The notes below the pieces were generated by a model that did not search any database, was not told the origin of the DNA, and was given only the letters and a program-made list of their open reading frames with translations. A DNA stretch of 63,978 nt, filler included, from Acidimicrobiia bacterium (lineage in GTDB: Bacteria > Actinomycetota > Acidimicrobiia > Spongiisociales > CAZKJJ01), in the NCBI GenBank assembly GCA_046759765.1. It is 12 parts of 12 records of this genome, joined end to end, with 100 filler letters (N's around TTAATTAATTAA, not from the genome) between each part and the next. Parts side by side here need not be neighbours in the genome. Positions count along the whole stretch, not along the records: positions 45,464 to 50,762 come from JBHICV010000157.1; positions 50,863 to 56,126 come from JBHICV010000158.1; positions 56,227 to 61,479 come from JBHICV010000159.1; 9 more parts are not named here. One strand, 5' to 3'. Positions 50,364 to 59,600 of the stretch are shown here, piece by piece. The position numbers and the translations under genes are program-made. The number at the start of each line of letters is the position of its first letter. Positions within the stretch are counted from its first letter, which is position 1.

Positions 50364-50414
50364 GTAACACATTTGTTACACATAATATGTAACCGGTTCG
50401 TTACATATTGTCAA
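50364..50414 (-). promoter_or_regulatory. tandem palindromic operators and -35 box of the arsR-SRPBCC operon
   Basis: GTAAC-N6-GTTAC at 50364-50379; AATATGTAAC-N6-GTTACATATT at 50384-50409; TTGACA on the minus strand at 50409-50414. Confidence 0.7.
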
Positions 50415-50463
50415 GCGCGATTCGCTCGTACACTGACGGCTGCGTTGCGCCCGGCAGCGCTTC

Positions 50464-50554
50464 GGAGGGATCGCATAGTCTGGCCTAGTGCGCGGCACTC
50501 GAAATGCCGTAGGGGGCTGCCGCCTCCTCGTGGGTTCGAATCCCACTCCCTCCG
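50464..50554 (+). tRNA. tRNA-Ser(CGA)
   Basis: GGAGGGA acceptor, CGGCA-CTCGAAA-TGCCG, long variable arm, GGTTCGAATCC. Confidence 0.93.
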
Positions 50555-50579
50555 CGAGGAAATGGCCCTTGGCCGGTTT

Positions 50580-50656
50580 CAGTTCTCAGTAATCAGTTTT
50601 CAGTTTTCAGTTCGACCCACCGTCCGTGTCACTGACCACTAACTACTGAAGACTGA
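50580..50656. repeat. inverted heptamer tandem-repeat hairpin
   Basis: 5x CAGTwnn (50580-50614) facing 4x nnACTrA (50629-50656). Confidence 0.75.
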
Positions 50657-50679
50657 CGCCTCAGCGGTACGCTGGCCGT

Positions 50680-50762
50680 GGAGGGATGGCCGAGCGGACG
50701 AAGGCGGCAGTCTTGAAAACTGCTGGGCTCCATTCGGGGTCTCGTGGGTTCGAATCCCACTC
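50680..50762 (+). tRNA. tRNA-Ser(TGA), 3' end cut by contig break
   Basis: GCAGT-CTTGAAA-ACTGC anticodon arm, long variable arm, GGTTCGAATCC. Confidence 0.93.
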
Positions 50763-51127
50763 NNNNNNNNNNNNNNNNNNNNNNNNNNNNNNNNNNNNNN
50801 NNNNNNTTAATTAATTAANNNNNNNNNNNNNNNNNNNNNNNNNNNNNNNNNNNNNNNNNNNNCCTACTTCACCTACCTGAAGTAGCTGTCTGAGAGCCGA
50901 GCATGTTGTCGGTCATGGGCGGGTCGCGACTGAGTTCCGGCCAGAGTTTGGCGGTGCATATTGCCGGATCCTTAGAGCTCGCCGGGGTCGGTTAGACGGC
51001 CGAGGTTGAGTGATCTGTACCAGTCGATCAGTTAGCGGTTGTTGGAACTGCTGAATCCCGCGCATGCGTGTGCACACGGTGGCCCAACCCCGCTAGCGTC
51101 CCGAACGCTGATAGTGAAAGGAGAGTC

Positions 51128-51466
51128 ATGCCTGCCATCGGCTTCGTAGTGCCCATCCTTCCGGGAAAGCTGGAGGAGCACCGCCATCTCGACGAGGAAC
51201 TGATGAGCACTCGCCGTGAGGAGTATCAGGAGTCACGCAAAAGGCTCGGCGTCCACCGGGAGATGTCGTGGCATCAGGAAACGCCCGATGGGACGGTTGC
51301 GGTCGTCTACATCGAGGCCGATGATCCTGGCGCGGCGATGGCCGGGATGGGGTCGTCGGAGGAGCCGTTCGACCGCTGGTTCCGGGAGCGGATCAGCGAC
51401 ATCCACGGGCTCGACCTCACCCAGCCACCCCCGCCGCTGGTCCAGAGCCTCGACGCCAGCTTCTAG
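51128..51466 (+). CDS. conserved hypothetical dimeric alpha/beta-barrel-type protein
   Basis: PILPGK...SR.RLGV.RE..W.QETPDG..AVVYIEADD...FDRWFR....IHG.DL. Confidence 0.6.
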   Translation: MPAIGFVVPILPGKLEEHRHLDEELMSTRREEYQESRKRLGVHREMSWHQETPDGTVAVVYIEADDPGAAMAGMGSSEEPFDRWFRERISDIHGLDLTQPPPPLVQSLDASF

Positions 51467-51610
51467 CCGCGCGAAGGCGGACGGATGCCGAGGGAGGAGG
51501 CGAACATCGTCATGGGGCGGCCGACACAGCCCGCACCGATCACCCGCTACGAGCGATAACACCCGCTCGTCGAAGAGCGCCGAACACCCACACATCGAGC
51601 GGCCGCCGAT

Positions 51611-51640
51611 ACCCGCCCATATCGGCACAGATGCGCTACC
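51611..51640. repeat. 30-bp direct repeat, copy 1
   Basis: ACCCGCCCATATCGGCACAGATGCGCTACC; 29/30 identical to 52630-52659. Confidence 0.85.
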
Positions 51641-51784
51641 GAAACTGTGATGATCGAGGCTGTGACGCCCTCGTCTCTTTTCTTGGTGGCGCTTGTCAGC
51701 GAGACAACGGGCCAGCGACCTCTTATGGTCGTGTGGGTGGGCAACGAGAGTGTCGGTTGGCCCACTAGAGGGGAGGCGACGACC

Positions 51785-52567
51785 ATGCGAACGCTGATTG
51801 CCACGGTGGCGGCGACTGCATTGGTGCTGGCTGCTTGTACCCAGCCGCCCAACGTTGTTGTGGAACCTGCTGATGTGGCTGTGCAGTCACCCGACCTTGT
51901 TGTGGAGTCGGCAGAAGCCCCGAGCGGGATCTCGGTGTCGGGTCAGGGGGTAATTGCTGGGGTGCCGGACACGCTGACCGTGAATGTCGGTGTCTCTCTG
52001 ATACGGGGCACCGTGGGCGAGGCTGTCGCCGACGCCGCTGAGGTGACGGATGGAGTGATCAGCGCCTTGCTAGGTCAGGGGGTCGCTGAGGAGGACATAC
52101 GCACTGCCGAGTTCTCAATCTTCCCGGAGTTCGCCTTTTTCTTCGAAGAGGAACGGGGGAGGGAGAGCCAGGAGCTAATCGGCTACCGGGTGGAAAACCG
52201 GCTGTCGGTCAAGATCAGAGAGCTGGAGCGGGCCGGACAGATCATCGACTCGGCCGTCGCTGCCGGGGGCGACGAGACGATCGTCTCTGGGGTGTTTTTC
52301 AGTCTGGAAGACAACCAAGAGCTGCTGGAAGAAGCTAGGGCCGCGGCCTGGTCTGACGCTCAGTCGAAGGCCAATCAGCTGGCTGTTCTGGCCGGAGTTG
52401 AACTGGGTGAAGTCACCGCAGTTAGAGAGTTCTTGCAGACCTTCCCACAGGAGTTCGGCTTTGGGGGTCTCCAGTCGTTCGCGGCTGCTGAGTTCGCGAC
52501 TCCCATCCAGCCCGGTCAGCTCGACGTCAGCGTGATACTGGAAGTGGAGTTCGGCATAGGAGGCTGA
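51785..52567 (+). CDS. SIMPL (DUF541) domain lipoprotein
   Basis: LAAC lipobox; ISVSGQG...PD, GYRVEN.LSVKIR, AR.AA..DA..KA.QLA..AGV.LG, PIQPGQ. Confidence 0.88.
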   Translation: MRTLIATVAATALVLAACTQPPNVVVEPADVAVQSPDLVVESAEAPSGISVSGQGVIAGVPDTLTVNVGVSLIRGTVGEAVADAAEVTDGVISALLGQGVAEEDIRTAEFSIFPEFAFFFEEERGRESQELIGYRVENRLSVKIRELERAGQIIDSAVAAGGDETIVSGVFFSLEDNQELLEEARAAAWSDAQSKANQLAVLAGVELGEVTAVREFLQTFPQEFGFGGLQSFAAAEFATPIQPGQLDVSVILEVEFGIGG

Positions 52568-52629
52568 CAGGGAAGGCCCTGCGGAGAACCGGCGCTTGCC
52601 GAAGGACCGACGCGCCACACCCAGGACCA

Positions 52630-52659
52630 ACCCGCCCATATCGGCACATATGCGCTACC
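52630..52659. repeat. 30-bp direct repeat, copy 2
   Basis: ACCCGCCCATATCGGCACATATGCGCTACC. Confidence 0.85.
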
Positions 52660-52684
52660 TCGAGAGCGCAGGGTTGCCTGAGCT

Positions 52685-55234
52685 TCAGTGGTATGCGATT
52701 GCTTCGAGCACGTTGAGGTTGGCGGCTCGACGCGCCGGCAAGATCGCGGCAACCACGCCGAGCATCCCGATAGCGAGGACTCCAACGACGAGCCACAGCC
52801 AGGGGATGACGAATTGGCTGAAGCCCTCATCGCGCAACGCGAGCAACAAGGCCCACGCAAGGAAGACCCCCACAGCGATGCCGAGCACAGCACCAAAAGC
52901 CGCAATGACTCCCGACTCGAGTCGAATCATTCGCCGCACCCCTCGCCGGGTCAGGCCTACGGCCCGCAGCAGCCCTATCTCGCGCGTCCGCTCGTAGATC
53001 GAGAGTGTGATTGTGTTCGCAACGCCGATGAGGGCTATCACTAAGGCCATAGCCAACAGCGCGAAGACGAAGCCGAGAATCTGGAACATCTGCGCCTCTA
53101 GGTCGGATTTGAGCTCCTCCTGGTCGGATACCTTGACCGTGGGGTATTGCTCAGCAATCGGATCGATGGCGGCTTTGCCCTCGTCCAGGGTCACTTCATT
53201 GGCCAATTTGATGTAGACCTCGGAGTCCAGCTGCTCGGCGTAGTTCTCCTCATACGCTTCGAGCGAGATGAAGAAGCCGGTGTAGCCGGGCGATTCGTAA
53301 AGTCCTTGCAGCTCCAGCGTCTTGACCCCGGTCTGGAGAAACTCAAAGTCCACAGGCTGACCGAGCTGCCAGCCGTTCTGCTCGGCCGTGGAGAAGTCGA
53401 CAGCAAACCCCGTTGTGCCGAAGCCGCCTGTTTCTCCCTCGATGCGTTCGAATACGACGAGGTTCGTGAATGACTCGTCGCCTCCGGCGATGAAGGCGAA
53501 GTTGCTGTCGACCCTGGCGACATTCTGACGCAGCCTCCCGACCTCGGTCACTTCGGGCAAAGTCTCCACCTCGTCGGCAAAGACCGTGGGCATGCCCTGT
53601 CCGCTGAATATGTTCTGCGGCTGGGCGATCAAGTCGGCTTGCACGCCCGTATCGAATACTTCGTCGATCGTTCCCTGGATAGATGCCGTAAAGACCGCCG
53701 CGAGGGCCATGAGCGCGACTCCGATCATTAGAGCGGCGGCAGTGGCTGCTGTCCTACGGGGGCTGCGAACAGAGTTCTCTTGGGCGAGCTTGCCGCTGAT
53801 GTTCGATACCCTCACAAATGGGTAGGCCAGCCATCTCGCCAGGTAAGGGGCTGCGAGCGGGCTCAACGTAGTGACGCCGAGCACGGTCAGAAGAGCCGCC
53901 AACCCCACGGTTGCGATCACCGGCTGGCCCGGCAGCGCTATGTCGGCGAACAGGGCCCCGAAGAGCAACCCAATCCCCAAGACGAGAAGCCCTGCGCCCC
54001 AGACGGCGCGCCTCGTCAGCGATCGGCGTCGCTTAGGCGCGGCATCCGGACGCATTGCCTCGACCGGAGCCACACGGCTGGCCTTACGCGCGGGGATGAA
54101 TGCCGAAATCAAGGTAACGATCGTTCCAACGAGAATCGCGACGAAAACGGTTCGAGGGGAGAGTTGCAGCGAGGTCGACGGTAGAGCCAAGCCCACGGCT
54201 TCCAGCATCAACCTCAGGCCAACTGCGAGGAGCAGACCTAAGCCAACCCCGATCACGGACGCGGCTAATCCAACGATCAGCGACTCGACCAGGACCATTC
54301 TGGTCACCTGGCGACCGGTGGCGCCCAACGCCCGGAGCAGTGCGAGCTCCTGGGTGCGCTGAACCACGATGACCCGGAAAGTGTTGTAGATGATGAACGT
54401 CGACACGAACAACGCAACGAACGCAAACACCTGCAGGAAGATGGTCAGGAAACCCAGCTGCTCGTTGATTTGACGGGCCTGCTCCTCGGCCGCGGTCTGG
54501 CCCGACGTGACTTCGACTCCGGCGGGAACAACCCCCTGGACCTCGACAATGACCTGATCGACGTCTGCATCGGCTGTGACAGTCGCCTGGACACTGTTGA
54601 CCTCGCCGTCGGCGTTGAGGAAGGATTGGGCGGTCGTGGTCTCGAACAGCGCAAAGGTCGCTCCTCCGATGCTCGACTCGCCACCGAACCCGGCTACCCC
54701 TACGAGTGTGAACTGGCGCCGTTCGTCGGAAGACAGAACTACCAGTGTGTCACCGAGCGCCAAGCCCTCCCGGTCGAATGTGTCGCCGTCGACTGCGACA
54801 TGACTCGGGCCGGTAGGTCGAACGCCCTCGATGATTCTGTAGCCGGTGTCGGCCTGCACGTCGGGCCAGTTGGCCCCGATGCTCGGGGAGGTACCCGAGC
54901 TCGCTTGCTCGCCGTCGGGGCCAATGATCACGGCGAAACCGGCGACAGATCCCCAGGCTTCGTCGATACCGTCTACTGCCTGAACGTCAGCAACTAGCGT
55001 CTCTGACATCCGCACAACATCGCCACCGATGGTGAGCGCCGGATCGAACTCCGGCTGAACGTTGATGTCCACCCCAGCGAACGCGTTGGCGAACAGGTTC
55101 TCGAACGCCTTGGTCGTGGTATCACCGTATATGAACGTTCCGGCGATGAAAGCAACACCGAACGTGATCGACACGAATGTGTTGAACAGCCGCCGCTTGT
55201 TGGCGAGGACCGTCTTCCAGGTCGTTCGGAACAC
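52685..55234 (-). CDS. ABC transporter permease (duplicated FtsX/MacB type)
   Basis: IYNTF...QRTQELALLRALGA; ANTITLSIYERTREIGLLRAVG; PARRAA. Confidence 0.92.
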   Translation of the reverse strand: MFRTTWKTVLANKRRLFNTFVSITFGVAFIAGTFIYGDTTTKAFENLFANAFAGVDINVQPEFDPALTIGGDVVRMSETLVADVQAVDGIDEAWGSVAGFAVIIGPDGEQASSGTSPSIGANWPDVQADTGYRIIEGVRPTGPSHVAVDGDTFDREGLALGDTLVVLSSDERRQFTLVGVAGFGGESSIGGATFALFETTTAQSFLNADGEVNSVQATVTADADVDQVIVEVQGVVPAGVEVTSGQTAAEEQARQINEQLGFLTIFLQVFAFVALFVSTFIIYNTFRVIVVQRTQELALLRALGATGRQVTRMVLVESLIVGLAASVIGVGLGLLLAVGLRLMLEAVGLALPSTSLQLSPRTVFVAILVGTIVTLISAFIPARKASRVAPVEAMRPDAAPKRRRSLTRRAVWGAGLLVLGIGLLFGALFADIALPGQPVIATVGLAALLTVLGVTTLSPLAAPYLARWLAYPFVRVSNISGKLAQENSVRSPRRTAATAAALMIGVALMALAAVFTASIQGTIDEVFDTGVQADLIAQPQNIFSGQGMPTVFADEVETLPEVTEVGRLRQNVARVDSNFAFIAGGDESFTNLVVFERIEGETGGFGTTGFAVDFSTAEQNGWQLGQPVDFEFLQTGVKTLELQGLYESPGYTGFFISLEAYEENYAEQLDSEVYIKLANEVTLDEGKAAIDPIAEQYPTVKVSDQEELKSDLEAQMFQILGFVFALLAMALVIALIGVANTITLSIYERTREIGLLRAVGLTRRGVRRMIRLESGVIAAFGAVLGIAVGVFLAWALLLALRDEGFSQFVIPWLWLVVGVLAIGMLGVVAAILPARRAANLNVLEAIAYH

Positions 55235-55238
55235 AGGG

Positions 55239-55991
55239 TCAGTCCCCGAGCTGCTTCATGCGATCCAAAACCCGGTCTGCTGTCGGATCGAACATCTCGT
55301 CCACGATCGAGCCGTCCTCTAAGAAGACGATTCGATCTGCAAAGCTGGCCATCATGGGATCGTGCGTGACCATCACGATGGTCTGACCGAAATCCGTTAC
55401 GGCGTGGCGCATAAACTCGAGCAGCTCCGCGCTCGCCTTCGAGTCGAGGTTGCCGCTCGGCTCGTCGGCGAAAACGATCTCGGGACGCGACGCCAGCGCA
55501 CGAGCAGCGGCGACTCTCTGCTGCTGGCCGCCCGATAGCTCCCTAGGACTGTGACTCAGCCGGTCCGCGAGCCCAACCGTGGCAACGACCTCGTCCACCC
55601 ACGCTTGATCGGGCGAGGTTCCTGCGATCAGCTGAGGGAGCAGGATGTTCTCCTGGGCGGTGAGCGTCGGGATCAGGTTGTAGGCCTGGAAGACGAAGCC
55701 CACCTGATCCCTGCGTAGAACCGTCAGCTCCCGATCCGATAGACCGGAAAGGTTCTGGCCACCGATGTACACCTCTCCCTCGGTGAGGGTGTCGAGTCCG
55801 GCCAAGCAGTGCAGCAAGGTCGACTTGCCTGAACCGCTGGGACCCATGATGGCGCTGAACTCGCCAGAATCGAACCCCTCGGTCACTTGATTGAGGGCCG
55901 TGACCTGGGCGGTGCCCTGGCCGTATATTTTGGTGCCGTTCTCGATCCGAGCAGCAGCAGACCCGTTGGCTGTTCGAGAATCGTCTGTCAT
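55239..55991 (-). CDS. ABC transporter ATP-binding protein (LolD/MacB type)
   Basis: GPSGSGKST, LSGGQQQRV, FADEPSGNLD, MVTHD. Confidence 0.93.
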   Translation of the reverse strand: MTDDSRTANGSAAARIENGTKIYGQGTAQVTALNQVTEGFDSGEFSAIMGPSGSGKSTLLHCLAGLDTLTEGEVYIGGQNLSGLSDRELTVLRRDQVGFVFQAYNLIPTLTAQENILLPQLIAGTSPDQAWVDEVVATVGLADRLSHSPRELSGGQQQRVAAARALASRPEIVFADEPSGNLDSKASAELLEFMRHAVTDFGQTIVMVTHDPMMASFADRIVFLEDGSIVDEMFDPTADRVLDRMKQLGD

Positions 55992-56226
55992 AACGGCCCC
56001 TTAGATCGAGCGAAGGCTCAGCATCAAAATCTGGCCCCGTTGGGCGAGCCATATTATCGATCTGCGTCGCCGACCCGCCCATAACGGCATCCATGAGGGA
56101 GTGGGGTTTGTCAAGGGCGCGGCGGTNNNNNNNNNNNNNNNNNNNNNNNNNNNNNNNNNNNNNNNNNNNNTTAATTAATTAANNNNNNNNNNNNNNNNNN
56201 NNNNNNNNNNNNNNNNNNNNNNNNNN

Positions 56227-56751
56227 GTTACGGACTCCGATCTTGCCGAAGGCCTGTCGTTCCGGAATGTCGGCAGGCAGCAAGGCGGCGACAATTACTT
56301 CACCCGGAGCAGCCGAGTTCTGTTTCGGGCCGACCATGAACTCGGAGAAGGGGACCCGGCGACGGTTGCTGGGGGCAGAAGCCAGCTCCACCTCGGCGTC
56401 GAGCGCCGACAGGAAGGGCAGGACATCGCCTGCCGGGCTGCACGTGCCGAGATTCCCGCCGATCGTTCCCGCGTTGCGGATCTGAGGCGAACCGACCGTG
56501 CGTGACAGCTCGGCCAGCGCTCGAATGGGGCCCCGCTCCATTCGTCTATAAGTCACCCCCGCACCGATGCGGGCGTCTTCCCAGAAGGCCAGCTCCTCGA
56601 TCCTCCTCAGGGCGATCATGTGCGAGGGTCGCAGCTGGGAGAAGTTGACCTCGACCATCAGGTCCGTCCCACCGGCGAGCAGCGTCGCGTCGGGATCGTC
56701 GGCATAGAGGTCGAGCGCGTGGTCGAGTGTGGTCGGGAGGTCGGTCCGCAT
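56227..56751 (-). CDS. xanthine dehydrogenase family FAD-binding subunit, 3' partial
   Basis: LAGGTDLMV, VGSPQIRNAGTIGGNLGTCSPAGD. Confidence 0.9.
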
Positions 56752-56783
56752 CGCCGAAGAAACTAGCGCCAGCCCTTGTTCGA

Positions 56784-58154
56784 TTAACTCACGAGCTTCC
56801 GAGCCAGCCGGTTGTGCTGCTCCACAATTGCGGGAACATCGACCGTGGTGACCCGGCCGCCGACCACGATCCGCTGTCCCCCTACGTAGGAGAGGTCGAC
56901 GTTGACCGGCGCCGCCAGCAGAACCGCGGCGACCGGATCGTGCCCGGCGCCTGCGTACTCGACTCGGTTCAGATCTACGGCCACGAAGTCGCAGGCTTTG
57001 CCGACCTCGAGTGAGCCCAGGTCGGTTCGGGCGAGTATGGACGCTCCACCCCGAGTGGCCATTTCCAGCACTTCCCGCGCCGAGATCATCGCCTCCTTCC
57101 TGTCCGCGGGTACGGGCGCTTCTGAGAGTCGCGCCGACAGAAGAGCCTGACGGGCTTCGCCCAGTAGATGGCTGCCGTCGTTCGACGCCGAGCCGTCGAC
57201 CCCGAGGCCCACCGGGATACCGGAGGACAGGAACGAGGTCAAAGGTGCAATGCCCGAGCCAAGCCGCATGTTCGAGGTGGGACAATGCGCCACGCCGGTC
57301 CCCGTGGCTGCCATCTTTCCCACGTCCTGGTCGCTGACGTGGACTGCGTGAGCGAACCACACGTCCTTTCCGAGCCACCCGCGCGATTCGGCATAGTCAA
57401 CGGGCCGGTAGCCGAAGTGCTCCAGGCTGAAGGCCTCTTCGTCGACCGTCTCGGCAAGGTGCGTGTGGAGTCGAACCCCACGATCCCGGGCCAGAGCGGC
57501 GGATTCGCTCATCAGCTCTGGAGTGACCGTAAAAGGCGAGCAGGGAGCTACCACTATGCAGGTCATCGAGCCTGCCCGGGGATCGTGGTAGTCGTCGATG
57601 AGGCGAGCGGTGTCGGCGAGAATCGCATCCTGGTCCTCGACCACCGAGTCGGGTGGCAGGCCGCCATCGCTCTCCCCGAGACTCATCGAGCCGCGCGACC
57701 CGTGGAAGCGAAGACCTATCTCCGAGGCCGCTTCGAGCTGGTCGTCAAGCCTCGAGGTGTTCGGAAACAGATACTGGTGGTCGAAAGCCGTGGTGCACCC
57801 CGAGCGCGCCAGCTCGATCAAACCGAGCTTCGTCGCTACCCGTACCGCTTCCGGCGTCAGCCGCGCCCAGATCGGATATAGAGCCCTCAGCCACGGAAAC
57901 AGGGACACGTCCTGCGCCGCAGGGACGGCCCGGGTGAGGGTCTGATACAGGTGGTGGTGAGTGTTGATAAGACCCGGGAGCACGAGATGGTCTCGTACGT
58001 CCAGGACTTCATCGGCATCGGCCGGAAGCTCATCCGTTCGCCCGATCGCAGTGATCCATCCGTCCTCGGCGTAGAGCCCTCCGCCGGCGATCTCGCGCCG
58101 CTGATCGTCCATCGTCACTAGCACCGTCGCGTTCCGGAGCAGAAGAGACGCCAT
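56784..58154 (-). CDS. 8-oxoguanine deaminase-like amidohydrolase
   Basis: PGLINTHHHLYQTLTRA, RGSMSLGESDGGLPPD, APCSPF, HTHLAET, GLGVDGSASND. Confidence 0.88.
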   Translation of the reverse strand: MASLLLRNATVLVTMDDQRREIAGGGLYAEDGWITAIGRTDELPADADEVLDVRDHLVLPGLINTHHHLYQTLTRAVPAAQDVSLFPWLRALYPIWARLTPEAVRVATKLGLIELARSGCTTAFDHQYLFPNTSRLDDQLEAASEIGLRFHGSRGSMSLGESDGGLPPDSVVEDQDAILADTARLIDDYHDPRAGSMTCIVVAPCSPFTVTPELMSESAALARDRGVRLHTHLAETVDEEAFSLEHFGYRPVDYAESRGWLGKDVWFAHAVHVSDQDVGKMAATGTGVAHCPTSNMRLGSGIAPLTSFLSSGIPVGLGVDGSASNDGSHLLGEARQALLSARLSEAPVPADRKEAMISAREVLEMATRGGASILARTDLGSLEVGKACDFVAVDLNRVEYAGAGHDPVAAVLLAAPVNVDLSYVGGQRIVVGGRVTTVDVPAIVEQHNRLARKLVS

Positions 58155-58208
58155 GGGCTCACGCTAGACGCGAGACCTAGGCTTGCCGCCGCGCCTCGAG
58201 GAGACCAG

Positions 58209-59540
58209 ATGCCTGCCGACCGCGACGATCTGCTCGCCCATCTAGATAGAGCCAACCGCACCTTGGCCCACTCGTACCCTGGCGACAGCGGGGGCCGCCA
58301 ACCCATCCACACCGTTTACGGGGGCGCCGACCTCTTCCGGCCGGACACCGCCCGCCGATTGGGCGACCTGGCGTTGAAGGCGGCGGCCGACCATGCGCCG
58401 GATCCGGAGACGCTCGCCGAAGCCGTGGACATAGCGGTGGAGGCAGCGGAAAGGGTCTACAGCAGGGTGATCGACAAGCTCCAGTCCGAACCAGTCGAGG
58501 ACTTTCGGCTGGACTTCGAGGACGGGTACGGAAACCGACCCGACGAAGAGGAAGACGGCCACGCACGATCAGCGGCTCGTGCGGTGGCGGAGGGCCTCGA
58601 CGCCGTGACTTTGCCCCCCTTCATCGGCATCCGCGTGAAGCCCCTGTCGGCCGAGCTCGCCTCCCGATCATTGAGGACACTCGAGCTCTTCCTGGAGGAA
58701 TTAGTGGAACGCACCGACGGTGCGCTTCCCGCCAACTTCGTCGTCACGCTGCCCAAAGTAGGAGCTCCAGACCAGGTTTCGGTCTTCTCGGAGTTCATTA
58801 GCCGTTTAGAGGGGTCGGCGGGCATCCCGGTCGGGACGGTTCCGATCGAGATCATGATCGAGACCACCCAGTCGATCTTCGATGCACAAGGGCGAGTCAA
58901 CGTCCGCCGACTCGTCGACGCCGGCGAAGGCCGGGTCAAGGCCGCCCACTTCGGGACATACGACTACACGGCCGCCTGCAACATCACTGCGGCCTACCAG
59001 CACATGACCCATCCTGCGTGCGACTTCGCCAAACACGTGATGCAGGTCTCGCTGGCCGGCACGGGAGTGTGGATGTCGGACGGGTCGACGAACGTGCTAC
59101 CCGTTCCCATCCATCGGACCGAGCCACTGACCGAAAGCCAAATGGCGGAGAACCGTACAACCATCCACTCGGCCTGGCGTCTTCACTTCTCTCACATTCA
59201 GCATTCCCTCGTCCATGGCTTCTACCAGGGATGGGATCTCCACCCTGCGCAGCTCGTGACGAGGTACGCGGCGGTATTCGACTTCTTCCTGGGCGGACTC
59301 GAGGCGGCTTCGGAGCGGCTGCGAAACTTCGTCGACCAGGCCGCACAGGCAACTCTCGTCGGCGAGGTGTTCGACGACGCAGCCACCGGGCAGGGACTGC
59401 TCAACTACTTCCTCCGTGCCGTCAACTCCGGTGCGATCTCAGAGGAGCAAGCGGCGCAACAGTCGAGTCTCAGCATCGAAGAACTCCGAAGCAGGTCTTT
59501 TGTAGGGATCCTCGAAAAGAGATCCTCCGGTTCCCACTGA
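58209..59540 (+). CDS. HpcH/HpaI aldolase-citrate lyase superfamily protein (DUF6986-like)
   Basis: RQPIHTVYGGA, EDFRLDFEDGYG, TLPKV, HFGTYDYTA, SDGSTNVLP, YQGWDLHPAQL. Confidence 0.75.
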   Translation: MPADRDDLLAHLDRANRTLAHSYPGDSGGRQPIHTVYGGADLFRPDTARRLGDLALKAAADHAPDPETLAEAVDIAVEAAERVYSRVIDKLQSEPVEDFRLDFEDGYGNRPDEEEDGHARSAARAVAEGLDAVTLPPFIGIRVKPLSAELASRSLRTLELFLEELVERTDGALPANFVVTLPKVGAPDQVSVFSEFISRLEGSAGIPVGTVPIEIMIETTQSIFDAQGRVNVRRLVDAGEGRVKAAHFGTYDYTAACNITAAYQHMTHPACDFAKHVMQVSLAGTGVWMSDGSTNVLPVPIHRTEPLTESQMAENRTTIHSAWRLHFSHIQHSLVHGFYQGWDLHPAQLVTRYAAVFDFFLGGLEAASERLRNFVDQAAQATLVGEVFDDAATGQGLLNYFLRAVNSGAISEEQAAQQSSLSIEELRSRSFVGILEKRSSGSH

Positions 59541-59600
59541 TCGAGGTGCAGTCGCGATCCGACCCTCGACAGTCATAATGACCGTGCCTGGAGGAGCCTG

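Noticed and set aside
50680..50762. Long-variable-arm tRNA with TGA in the anticodon loop as possible tRNA-Sec
   Set aside because: Anticodon TGA reads UCA (Ser); tRNA-Sec needs anticodon TCA and an extended acceptor stem.
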